From positions 105,152,001 to 105,216,000 of the forward strand of contig OX597820.1 of the NCBI GenBank assembly GCA_951406725.2: a stretch of DNA of 64,000 nucleotides. Direction: 5' to 3'. The stretch is from Octopus vulgaris. Its lineage: Eukaryota. A program made the position numbers and the translations under genes. The notes beneath the pieces are model-generated. The model was not told where the DNA came from. It saw only the letters and a program-made list of their open reading frames with translations, and made no database searches. This document shows positions 53,035-64,000 of the stretch, in pieces; within the stretch, counting starts at the first letter, position 1, and the number at the start of each line of letters is the position of its first letter.

Positions 53035-53530
53035 TACAGTTCTATATTTAAGAGATGAGGAATTACATACATTATTTACATTTGACGGATATTTGTCCTC
53101 ACCTTGTTTGTTGTTAACACAATGTTTCGGCTGATATACCCTCCAGCCTTCATCAGGTGTCTTGGGGAAATTTCGAACCTGGGTTCTCATTCGTTAGGTA
53201 TTTTTCGATCTTGTTATTGTTATTATTATCATCATCATTATTATTATTATTATTATTCAGGTCTCTGCCTGGAATCGAACTCTTAACCACTATGCCATAA
53301 GCCCGTGCATATGGCGTAGTGGTTAAGAGCGTGGGCTACTAACCCTAAAATTCCGAGTTCGATTCCAGGCAGTGACCTGAATAACAACAACAACATCGTG
53401 AAAAATACCTTAGGAATGAGAACCCAGGTTCGAAATTTCCCCAAGATGAAGGCTGGAGGGTATATAAGCCGAAATGTTGTGTTAACAAACAAGATGAGGA
53501 CAAATATTCGTCAAATGTAAATAATGTAAA
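53035..53530. mobile_element. Head-to-head pair of short elements with tRNA-like head and hammerhead ribozyme, nested in a TTAA MITE
   Basis: Plus copy: A box tggcgtagtgg and B box gagttcgattcc (53310-53366); minus copy carries cac-CTGATGA-a-GGCTG-loop-CAGCC-GAAAC-att-gtg (53117-53160). Confidence 0.8.
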
Positions 53531-53943
53531 TGCAGTGTATTTCAACAGAAATAAGGTGATATAAGGGTTAAATATACTCCAGTCAAATAGAAGAATTCAA
53601 GCCTGGAAGTATAAAAGGTGAAGTACAATGAGATTTGAACTTGCAAGTAGAAGAAACCGAACCGACATGCCACAACCAATGATTCAACATCACTACCATT
53701 TTCGTTTCTATTTTATTGATAATAAAATGTGCTATCACAAAGCACTGCAAATTACAAAATATTGTTGTATTATATAAAATTTGGTAAAATATAATTTACC
53801 AGAATACAATATTAACATAGCAATCGTTGATGGTGTATAAACGTTTTTTAGTCAGTCCGGACGTAAACAATCACAGAAATATACAAGCATATTGTTTTTA
53901 AATGTCAATGTTTTCTTTTGTATAAGCTACAGCAGACTGAATT

Positions 53944-54810
53944 TCAGCCAGATTCTTCCATAAGGACCTGGAATTCTTCGTATTCTTGATTTCCCCACTG
54001 GGTGGGAGTATTGCAAACCCAAACCTGAAATTGCTTGTGGTCTTGTGTTGAGTTTACATCTTTGAACCAGGTGACAAAATCTTCAAACTCATCGTCTTGA
54101 AATAAAGAATTATTATAGTCACAGTTGTAATAATCAGATTCTTGATTAGTGCAGTAATTGTTGGGACACGGTCTTGGGGCTTGATACCAGATAAAATTTT
54201 CTTCGTTAGGGTACACAGATTGGCGGTCATTAGAAGTATTACTTAAGCTGTCATTAATTTTTTCTACGGTCATCTGAGGCTCTGTTGATGGATATTGCCG
54301 ATAGCAAGAACTGTGAGAATTGTTCGATTGTTGGACCCAGTCGTCTGAGTTTCCGTGCATGTAACCCGGCCAATGAATTAAAGGACAGCCACATTCGTTA
54401 CATTTGTAATTTTCTTGGCCACAGGCATTGCCTATTGTTCTGAATAAACTTATATGTTTTTGATTGTAAGAGTTGACATGAGAAGTAAAAACTCCTCGAT
54501 GCCATGACGGCTGACAGTAGCCATGTGTCCAACAAACATCATTCGGAACACACGGAGAATAAAATTCTGCTCCGTATCCAGCTATCAGAGAAAGATTTTC
54601 TAATTCTGTCACGGTTTCACTTTCGTTAAAGCTGAAATGATTTTCTCCGCTATTTTGAAAATAATCAATGTCAGTAATATAAAAACCATCTGAAATATTC
54701 GTAGAGCATTCTTCGTTTGCTTGACTTTCGTTGTTATACGAATAAAAATGTAGATTGCTTTCTTTTCTTGAACATTCGAGGTAATGAGATTCTCTAACGT
54801 CGTACCGCAT
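53944..54810 (-). CDS. Single-exon uncharacterised protein, 288 aa (acidic; Asn/Ser/Tyr/Cys/Trp-rich)
   Basis: Longest non-repetitive ORF in an AT-rich window; caaaATG context; no transposon motifs; AATAAA on minus at 53712-53717; CpG-retaining. Confidence 0.7.
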   Translation of the reverse strand: MRYDVRESHYLECSRKESNLHFYSYNNESQANEECSTNISDGFYITDIDYFQNSGENHFSFNESETVTELENLSLIAGYGAEFYSPCVPNDVCWTHGYCQPSWHRGVFTSHVNSYNQKHISLFRTIGNACGQENYKCNECGCPLIHWPGYMHGNSDDWVQQSNNSHSSCYRQYPSTEPQMTVEKINDSLSNTSNDRQSVYPNEENFIWYQAPRPCPNNYCTNQESDYYNCDYNNSLFQDDEFEDFVTWFKDVNSTQDHKQFQVWVCNTPTQWGNQEYEEFQVLMEESG

Positions 54811-54888
54811 TTTGTATTTGATTAGTTGAGATTTTTAAATACAAGCTTTTATAAAAAATCGATAGAATTCTAATTCGTAATATTATTA

Positions 54889-55080
54889 TTAAATAGTTAT
54901 TTTGAATTCGTAATAGGCAGCAAGGATTCTTTCTGTTTGTTCGTGTGAACAATATCTGAAAACTTGAGATAAGAGAAAATTGCGTAAACGCTGTTTTGTT
55001 AAAGAAACAACCGTTCGAAGAAACGCGGACTCATATCGTGACATAGCTTCAATGATGCGCAAAGAAGAGAAGATGTTCAT
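54889..55080 (-). CDS. 63-codon upstream ORF / possible microprotein
   Basis: caacaATG context, complex helical-looking sequence, stop 78 nt before the main ATG. Confidence 0.4.
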   Translation of the reverse strand: MNIFSSLRIIEAMSRYESAFLRTVVSLTKQRLRNFLLSQVFRYCSHEQTERILAAYYEFKITI

Positions 55081-55421
55081 TGTTGGATATATGAGGCTAA
55101 CGTGTCAAGAAAAATTGTGAACCTCACAGACTTGAATTACATCTGCAACCATCGATAAGAGGTACCCCTAAATCAATAATTGACGCAACAAAATGATCTA
55201 GCGATTCTACTCTTTTACTTGTTTCAGTCATTTGACTGCGACCATGCTGGAGCACCGCCTTTATCGAGCAAATCAACCCCAGGACTTATTCTTTGTAAGC
55301 CTAGTACTTATTCTATCGGTCTCTTTTGCCGAACCGCTAAGTTACAGGGACGTAAACACATCAGCATCGGTTGTCAAGCGATGTTGGGGGGACAAACACA
55401 GACACACAAACATATACACGC

Positions 55422-55477
<56 letters not shown>

Positions 55478-55482
55478 GCGTG

Positions 55483-55509
<27 letters not shown>

Positions 55510-55513
<4 letters not shown>

Positions 55514-56537
55514 ACGGAACGGACTGTCGCCCACCGTCGTCGCTCGTCCCGAACGGCTCACACAAGTTCCGCCACGGCACCCAAAGAGGCGGAGAGAGGA
55601 GATACAGATAGATACTGCCACAACCTCAACAGCACAGAGATACAGAGGCACAACCCGAGATATGGCAACACTGGCTTATATTCAAACAACAGTTTATATA
55701 CAATGTTACAACATCAAGATACATCAAAGCATGCACGTGACTACTCAATACATAATACATCATGTAACAATATATCAGTCCGGAGACGCAACAAGTCGTA
55801 TACAGTATTTCAAAGGTACACGTCCGAAGACACAGTTCTCTAAAGTCTCTTTTTCTAAACATCACAAATAACAAGTCCTTTACTCTTCTTCTTCACAATG
55901 TCCTTTATCGACCACATCGACAGAGTCCTTGACTGTTCAATACACAAATCACATACCTCAGTTCCTAATTGAATCTGCCAGTGTCCCATTCCTCTCAATA
56001 CTGCTAATTCCTCTGAATACTGCTAATTCCCTTCTGTGCCGCCAAGCTTTCTCGCATCCAACTTGCTCCTAAGAATTCCAACGCTTGTTCCTTAAATCCA
56101 AGGTTCCATCCACTCGCTCTGACCTCCAGAGTCCGTCCGTGTTCCTCGACGACCGCTCAACGACTGCCCAGAACCTCACTTCCTTGTCCTGACTTCCACT
56201 CCCTCATCTCCCTCTGTCTATATCGCTCCTACCCTTTCTAACTGCTCTCTGATTCCTTACTCTATCTATATCGCCTCAATCCCTTAGCCTCTCTATCTGT
56301 CCCTTACTGCTTATCCTTTCTATTTGCCCTCTGCTCTTACTCTGTCCCTTTTCTTTCACATTCTCCTGACCCTCTTCTCAACCGCACGAGGTCACAGGTC
56401 ATTCCAAAACCCATTAGTCCTCCATTAGACAAAAGACTGTCACATTTTCACCAGACATACTGGAACCATATCCACGATGTGGGTCACCAGAAACACTACA
56501 CTAATTAAACCCGAAATGCACTTAGCCAACCGTAACA
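55510..56537. mobile_element. Solo LTR (Gypsy-like), ~1.03 kb
   Basis: Terminal inverted TGTTACGG...CCGTAACA with ATAT on both flanks (4-bp TSD); CpG-rich. Confidence 0.85.
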
Positions 56538-56540
56538 ATA

Positions 56541-56922
56541 TCTCTCTATATATAAACGGCAGTTTGTCTGTGCGTGTTTCTGTGTGTCTGTTTGCTTGTA
56601 CCCTCACCCTGACCACGGCTTTCAACCGATTCTGATGAAACTTGACACACACATAGCCCAATGTCATAATTCAAAACTAACGCAGCGAAAATTTTGAAAA
56701 GTTTCCCCAGTTCTGAAAAAAATCGATAAATTCGACATGGGGTCGAGAATCAGAAACACAAACCGCAAACTGTCTAGGGGACGCAACTCCACCTTTTTTA
56801 ACTAAAAAAAAATTACCATCATTTTTTTCCATTTTTTTTGCTATTTTTTGGCTATAACTCTCTAAAAATGCTTTATAGTTATTTCCCTTACAAACCTGAG
56901 CAACGCCGGGCGATACTGCTAG
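56541..56922 (+). mobile_element. Non-autonomous Helitron
   Basis: 5' TC, 3' CTAG preceded by GC hairpin cctgagcaacgccggg, inserted between A and T; a related 5' fragment lies near 39050-39270. Confidence 0.85.
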
Positions 56923-57164
56923 TATATATATATATATATACGACGGGCTTCTTTTCGTCTACCAAATCCACTCACAAGGCTTTGGCCGGCCTGAGGCTAT
57001 AGTAGAGGACACTTACCCAAGATGCCACGCAGTGGGACTGAACCCGGAACCTTGTGGTTGGTAAGCAAGCTACTTACCACACAGCCACTCCTGTGCCTAT
57101 TCTGCCAAGTATTCTTGCAACAGGTCATTATTATTCAACAAAAACATCTTTAAATAACAGTCTG

Positions 57165-57310
57165 CCAAGCAAATGGGAAGCTGTAATTGAAGTAGATGGT
57201 GAATATGCTCCGGAATAATCATTTAAAGATGTTTTTGTTATATGTTGTTATTGTTTTTGTTGAATAAAATTTGTTGAAAAAAAGCCGCAATAATTATGCA
57301 CCAAGCCAAC
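57165..57310 (+). mobile_element. Mariner 3' end fragment
   Basis: LPSKWEAVIEVDGEYAPE* then TIR-like aaaccgcaataattatgcacc. Confidence 0.65.
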
Positions 57311-58944
57311 AGTTTTTATGTTTTTATTTTTAATTTATTATTTTATGTAAAGTTAATTATAAACCTGTCATGGCTTTCAGCTTTACAAATACATTTAAAC
57401 ATGTATGGGGTCACCAGCTATATGAAGAAGAACACTGGAGAAGGTTGCACTTTTTGATAAACAAAGTTTTATTGTTTTCGTACACACACAAAAAAGAAAA
57501 AATACAATTACTGTGAATGACAAAATGTCGAGAGAATTTGAATGTTATCATTCTTGGTGTAATTGTAATAGTAGTCAAAAAGTTACCTGCTGGTCATTAT
57601 GTTGCCGTCGCTGATTATTTATTGTGGTTGCTGTCAGCTCGGGTCAGCAACCAGGGCCAGCTCAAGGTACTGGCAACTCGGGCCTAGTGCACCATGTGCT
57701 AGGAGGCGCCAAGGAAGGGCATGGCAAAGACAAGGAAATTTCCACAGCTGCTGCCTTGCACACGCCGAGATTCAACTTGCACGGAACGCCAGCAACCCTA
57801 GGGAAGGCCTTGGCAGCAACTGACCGTGTCTGTTCACCACCTCATCTCTGCAGTCTCTCCATGCTCTTTCTGCTGCATCTTAATGTTTTCTGTCAAGTAG
57901 TCAAGGTGTGCTGAATTTATACTGATGCTTAGTCGCAGAAAGAAGCGCGCCAAAAAATGAAGTCGTCACTGAAACCTATTCCACACAAAGTCGTGATTAG
58001 TCAGATTTTGTTGATCATGTGGGCAATATTCTAGCAAATCACGATATCGGGTGATTGCTGGATATTCCCTCTGGAGGCTGATAACTGTATGGTCAAGTAA
58101 CAAGCCACCATCATAGCTTTGATGACCCTCAACTCAAGATAAGGCCAATAAGACCACAAAATTGGACGATTGATGTTCATTTTCTCAACATTTGGTGATA
58201 TTCAAGACTGGACCTGTATCGCTGCAGATATTTGCACGGTTGACTTCATATATTTTTAAGCCGACTGCCTGCTGTCACACAGATAGGTTTCCAAAAATTC
58301 AGTTACTGTTCACACAGCCAATGAAATATATCTTCATTTACTGTTGCACCAACCAAGCTGCCGTTGTGAATTAAAAATTGTTAAATTCCCATAACAGAGC
58401 AAGTTTACCTTCATTAAATGAGATGAGGGGAAAATAAGTCACAATATTTCATGCAGGGCTTTTCTTCAAAGAACATTGGCAGCATTGTTAAATATTAGCA
58501 AAATCTTTATTCTAGCAAATTAGAATCAAACTCTGTCTATCAAAACAATGATTCAACAAGAACTTGGCATTCTATAAAAACAATTACACCAATAAAATTC
58601 CTACTTCTAAAACCATAGAGAAACAAACCAACAAATGTTTATTTACATAAGATTTAAATACGAAATTAGAGGAATTTTCTTTCTTTTTCTTTTCTACCTT
58701 TAAGCATGGATCCAATTTTAAGAAGTTTAAGGTTTGATAAAATTGCAGCCCAATTAAAGGGAATTAAACCAGTTGGCCTACAGCCAGGGCTCTGTGCATA
58801 TTTGCACGTTAACCCTGAACAATTGGAACTTTGTAACAGTTTTGTTTGATTTGTCAGTAATTTTTTTTAATAGTTGTAATAATGAACATCTTGGATGTTC
58901 ATTATTCATACACCTGTACCTAATTCAGGAACAGAAGAAAATGT

Positions 58945-59150
58945 TATTCTATGAATTTTGGTAAATGTATTTGGGATTTAAAAGACAGGAACATTAATTA
59001 TGATTTAAAGTAGTCCATTATTAGTTATGCACCATCATACCATACTGGCAATATTAAACGTGATCTTTGCCTTGAGGAAATGTATTATATAATTACTTCT
59101 AAATTAATTTTACATTGAAATGTTCTCACAAATTTAAAACATTTAAATAT
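58945..59150 (+). mobile_element. Penelope-like GIY-YIG endonuclease remnant
   Basis: FGKCIWDLKDRNINYDLK*SIISYAPSYHTGNIKRDLCLEEMYYII. Confidence 0.75.
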
Positions 59151-59255
59151 TTCAACATTAAATAACTTATTAATTATAATTGTATATTAAATAACCTATT
59201 AATTATAATTGCAATAATAAATCTCTGAACGAGGTATAAACAGTAACTGCACGAC

Positions 59256-59417
59256 AATGTGAGGTATATTTGCCATCTCAATATGGCTACAAAGACCTTA
59301 CGGCACAGAAAGTTTGCCTGAAGCCAGCTGGAGGAGATGTTCTCCTAGGGCTATAAGCTACAGTAACACCCACCCTTAGTGGTTAGCCATATTGAGATGG
59401 CAAATATACCTCACATT
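59256..59417. repeat. Perfect 34-bp inverted repeat with 94-nt spacer
   Basis: 59256-59289 and 59384-59417 are exact reverse complements. Confidence 0.95.
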
Positions 59418-59896
59418 AATTATAATGGTTTCTCCTATAATCTAATGTGCATAATTTTTCTAAAAAAATTCTTAGCATATTTAATAGATAGATAACTAAT
59501 TGTCATGATGTAGAATTTCTGTTTGTAATTGTTGTGACGTAGAATTCCAATGTTTATTTTTTATTCTTTCGTTATCTACTGATGTCATCAAAAGTTAAAT
59601 ACTAAACTGGCTTTTCTTAGTCCACTTTGAATTTAACCCATTCTGAATTGCCTTTGATAATGTTCTGTTCACATATATTTCTGGATATACTAATTTGATT
59701 GGTATTTCATACCTTTTTCTGTATCTCAGTATACTGGCACAAAAGAAATTATCATCAGTAATGTATGATGTAATCACCAATTAAAGATGTGATTTTCTCC
59801 ATTCTTATTCTTGATGTGTTATTCTCCAAATTTCTTAAAATTCTTGTAAGCAGTATTTGAATTTACTTGTCATACATGAAAAATTACCTTCAATGT

Positions 59897-60269
59897 TTAT
59901 TACCTCCTCCTTAGTGAAGGCAGAGGTATTGTTTTCAGTTATGTTTGTTTGTTTATTTGACCATGGACAAGATATCTCAAGAACCGCAGGATGGATTCGG
60001 ATGAAACTTTCAGGAACGTTTGGCCTCATGACTGGCAAAAACTGATTTGATTTTGAGATCAATTTGGTACTGGACAAGAATTCTGGATTAATTTTCATTT
60101 TTGTTACTTAAGTTTAGAGAGCGGTCGGGTTCATTTTTTAGTATTCTCGTTTGTAAGAGCAGTTGAGTTTATTTCAGATATTCTCATTTTGAAAATCATC
60201 TCTCGCTAATCGTTGAGAGGACATTGGTGTTGCCTTGGTGGAGGTTTGCGTTCTCTGAGTGCTCTTGTT
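59897..60269 (+). mobile_element. Helentron-associated non-autonomous element (HINE/DINE-like)
   Basis: Subterminal acctcctcc / ggtggaggt, 5' stem-loop, GTTT microsatellite, and 3' gttctctgagtgc hairpin followed by TT. Confidence 0.7.
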
Positions 60270-60395
60270 CTACTTACATTTATTTGTATCTGATAGCTTG
60301 ACATAGCTAACCAAATTCATTTAACTCTGAATGCTTTATAGATATCAGCCTGGATTTATTAATCCCTATTTTCTTCTCCTTACATATATATATAC

Positions 60396-60478
<83 letters not shown>

Positions 60479-60505
60479 GCATGTATGTATGCATGTACAC
60501 ACGCG

Positions 60506-60539
<34 letters not shown>

Positions 60540-60920
60540 GATGCACACAAACACACACACACATCAGATAAAGGCTGTTGGAGAAAGTTGAAACATGCTG
60601 TCAGCATTTATGACAATGAGTATACAAAATGAAGAAAATAATCCACAACAAAAAAATCATTATTATAAATGTTTACGATTAATTTATGAATTTACAATCC
60701 ACATTTTTATTAGCTTTATCTTTCAGAACATTCAGTTTCAATTTATTTATTGTATATATATGCCTGGAAATTTTAAGCTGGTTTACAAGCAGAGCACATT
60801 TTCATAAATGTCTAAAGTATCTGGTAATCTCTTTCTTGTTTTATTCTTAACATAAGTAATAAAAAAACTGCTTGTCTAAACACATTCCCTGCATATAACT
60901 CACCTGACTTGATTCCAAGC

Positions 60921-60966
<46 letters not shown>

Positions 60967-60994
60967 AAAAAGATTAAGTTAAAGTAGAAAAGGA

Positions 60995-61031
<37 letters not shown>

Positions 61032-61039
61032 ATTATTAT

Positions 61040-63630
61040 CATTCAGTAGTTTTATTTTTATAACGTGCTTTCACTTCACTACCGAGCGCAGCTCTGTGTG
61101 CCTTGGGTATGTGCTGTGATTTGTTGTGATGCTCTGATGGTTACTGTATTGAAAGTGTTCTGCGTAGGATGTGGGTAGTGTCCAGTAGTGCAATTTTCTG
61201 TATGTTATATGTGTTTGTAAGTCCTGGTGCTTTTGTTATGTATTTGTCTGAATATTTTTTTATCATGCCTAATGCACCTACTATGATAGGAATTGTTTCT
61301 GTTTTTAGATTCCACATTCTAGTTACCTCTATTTCAAGGTCTCTGTATTTTGAAAGTTTCTCCATTTCTTTTAGAGACACGTTGTCATCTGCTGATATTG
61401 ATACATCAATTAGAAAGCAATTTTTTTCTTCGCGATCTCTGACAACTATATCTGGCCTGTTGGTCTTAATTTCTCTATCTGTGTATATTGGCATATCCCA
61501 GAGTATGGTTGCTTTCTCGTTTTCTGTGACCTTTTCTGGTGTGTGCCTATACCATCTTTTTTCTGTTGTTATTCCATAATGTTGGCATAGCTTCCAGTGT
61601 ATGTAGGTCCCAACTCAGTCGTGTCTGTGAATATATTCCTTCTTAGCCAGGACGGGGCAGCCAGAGATAAAATGATTTATTGTTTCTTGTCCATCTCCAC
61701 ATATTCTGCAGTTACTTGTTATATTTCTTTTCATTATATGTTTTTGGTAATTTCTGGTGGGGAGACTTTGGTCTTGAGCTGCAATTAAAAATCCCTCTGT
61801 CTCTGCTTTGAGTCCTGAGCTTCTCAACCATTGCTGGGATTTTTCTTTGTCTATTTCATTTGCATTTAGTTTAGTCCAGTATTTGCCATGAAGGGGCTTT
61901 TCTTGCCATCGTTTTATCAAGGTCCATTGCTGTTCTAGTTTTAGTTTGGATTTCATTTGTTTTATAGCTTTTGTTGTTTCTTCATCTTCTTCTTCTTCTT
62001 CTTCTTCTTCTTCTTCTTCTTCTTCTCCTTCTCCTTCTTCTTCTTCTTCTTCATATTTGTTAGGTGGTATGATTTCTTGTTTGTATTTGTCAGCTTCCTT
62101 AAATACTGAGAACAGTTTTTTTGTTTTGCTCGTGTTTTGCCGCTATTTGTATCAGTTTTCCTTCCTTCTGAAGTAGGTATTTTTGCAGTCCTATGGGGGT
62201 TATTTTATAATAGTTTTCCAGCTATATAAGGCCTCTACCACCTTCTATACATTGTATATATAGCCTTTCTATGTCAGATTTTGGGTGATGCATCCTAGAT
62301 CCTGTCATTATTTTTCTTGTTTTCCTATCTATTTTGGTTAGTTCATTTAGTGTCAAGTTAAGGATATTGTAGCTGTAACTTATAAATGGGATGGCTAAAG
62401 TGTTAATACCTATTATCTTGTTTTTAGCATTGAGCTCTGTTTTTAGTATTGATCTAACTCATCTATAATATTCTTTTTTTATTTTCTATTTCATTTGTGT
62501 GTGTTGTGTCTTATCTAGTTCATGGATTCCTAAGTATTTGTAAGTTTGGCTTTGGTCTAATTCTCTTATTTCATTGGTTTTATCTAGTGTGATGTTGCTA
62601 CTCTTAACTAATTTTCCTCTTTTCAGGGTTACTTTGGCGCATTTTTCTAATCCAAATTTCATATCTATTTCTTTGGTGAATCCATGAACTGTCTTTAGTA
62701 GTGTTTCCAGCTGTTTGTCATTTGTAGCGTACAGTTTTAGGTCATTCATATATAAAAGGTGGCTGATCATTTTGCCGTAACATTTGTATCCACATCCAGT
62801 TCTATTTAGCATATCAGATAGAGGTGTCAGTGCCAAGCAGAAAAGGAGTGGAGAGCGCATGTCTCCCTGGAATATTCCTTTTCTAATGGGGATGGCTTTG
62901 GTTTTCACGAGTCCCTCTTTTGTTTGGAGCTGTAGCACTGTCAGCCATTTATTCATAGAGTGCCCTATGTATTTTATAATTGTTGGTGCTACCTTGTTAA
63001 TGGCTAGTGTTTCAAGGATCCACGTGTGGGGAATGCTATCAAACGCCTTTCAGTAGTCGATTCAGGCCATACTGAGGCCTTTCTTCTTTCTGTGGCTGTC
63101 TTCAGTTATGGCTTTATTGATCATTAGTTGATCTTTACAGCCATATGAGCCCTTGCGGCATCCTTTCTGCTCTTCTGGAAACAGGTTGTTTTCGTCCAGG
63201 TGCTTGTTCAATCTTTGCGATATTACTGCAGTAAAGGCTTTGTACATTGTAGGGAGACAGGTTATAGGTCTGTAGTTTTCTTGTTTTGCTGTCTCATTGG
63301 ATTTGGGAATTAAGATGGTTTCCCCTTTCATGAGCCATTCAGGCATTGTCTCTGGCTCTGCCAGTTTGTTGGTAAAGTTTTCAGCCAGCTTTTTGTGCAT
63401 TCCTGTCAGATATTTCAACCAGAAGTTGGGAATCTTGTTGTGCCCAGGTGCCTTCCAGTTGCTTAGTCTTTGCAGTGCCTGGATGACCTCTTCAGTTGTT
63501 ATGGGGGTCCAGAGTTGTTCAGATGCTAAGCTTGTTGTTTTAATGCTCCTTTTCTGTGGTTGTTCATTCGCCGACCATATTTCTTTCCAGAATTCTTCCA
63601 CTTCTTCCGCCGTTGGTGCTGCAGTGATGT
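61040..63630 (-). mobile_element. R4/Dong-clade LINE (RT, CCHC, restriction-like endonuclease), 5'-truncated, with stops and frameshifts
   Basis: NWKAPG, NYRPITCL, EEQKGC, GIFQGD, LLYMNDLKL, YKYLGI, CRIC..HFISGC, NRPDIVV..IDVS..EKLSKY; (TAA)n on both sides. Confidence 0.95.
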
Positions 63631-63649
63631 CTATTATTTATTATTATTA

Positions 63650-63702
<53 letters not shown>

Positions 63703-63755
63703 CATCATCTTTATCATTATTATTATTATTATTATTTTTATCATTATTATTATTA

Positions 63756-63960
63756 AGGCAGTGAACTGGCAGAATTATTAGCATGCTGGACAAAATGTTT
63801 AACGATATTTCGCCTATTGTTATGTTCTGAGTTCAAATTCCACTGAGGTCAATTTTGCCTTTCATCCTTTCAGTGTCAGTAGATTAAGTACCAGTAAAAT
63901 ACTGGCGTTGGTGTAATCAACTAGTCTCCTCACACAAAATTTCAGACCTTATGCCTACAG
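63756..63960 (+). mobile_element. SINE family B copy
   Basis: aggcagtgaactggcagaa..gagttcaaattcc..gcctttcatccttt. Confidence 0.8.
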
Positions 63961-64000
63961 TAAAAAGGATCATCATCATCATCATCATCATTATCATCAT

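Larger units (their letters stand above)
55207..57100 (-). mobile_element. SINE family A split by a solo LTR and a Helitron in its TA tract
   Basis: 3' domain at 55207-55410 and head at 56940-57100, both on minus. Confidence 0.88.

Noticed and set aside
53306-53380. Functional tRNA gene
   Set aside because: A and B boxes are present, but there is no proper acceptor stem or T-run terminator and it is embedded in a repeat; treated as a SINE-type head

Overview
AT-rich, microsatellite- and transposon-dense animal genomic DNA. The SINE/LINE/Penelope repertoire looks cephalopod (octopus-like); this is an inference. One host gene is recognisable: the first coding exon of vinculin on the minus strand (8217-8273, MPVFHTKTIEGILEPVAQQ followed by a GT donor), so 1-8216 is its first intron. 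A second candidate gene is an intronless 288-codon orphan ORF (53944-54810, minus) preceded by a 63-codon upstream ORF and promoter-like motifs. The rest is mostly nested, decayed mobile DNA: mariner, maT and Tc1 transposons, RTE, CR1, Tx1-like and R4/Dong LINEs, Penelope-like elements, tRNA-derived SINEs, two solo LTRs, Helitron/Helentron derivatives and MITEs. The most notable observations are (i) several minimal hammerhead-ribozyme motifs, including core variants, (ii) a short tRNA-head plus hammerhead element, a possible Pol III-driven retrozyme/SINE, present as an inverted pair, (iii) a perfect 103-bp hairpin with two terminal 'ears' in the vinculin intron, and (iv) the uORF plus orphan ORF locus. 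Most ORFs in the supplied track are microsatellite artefacts. All calls were made by eye with no searches run, and repeat boundaries are approximate.
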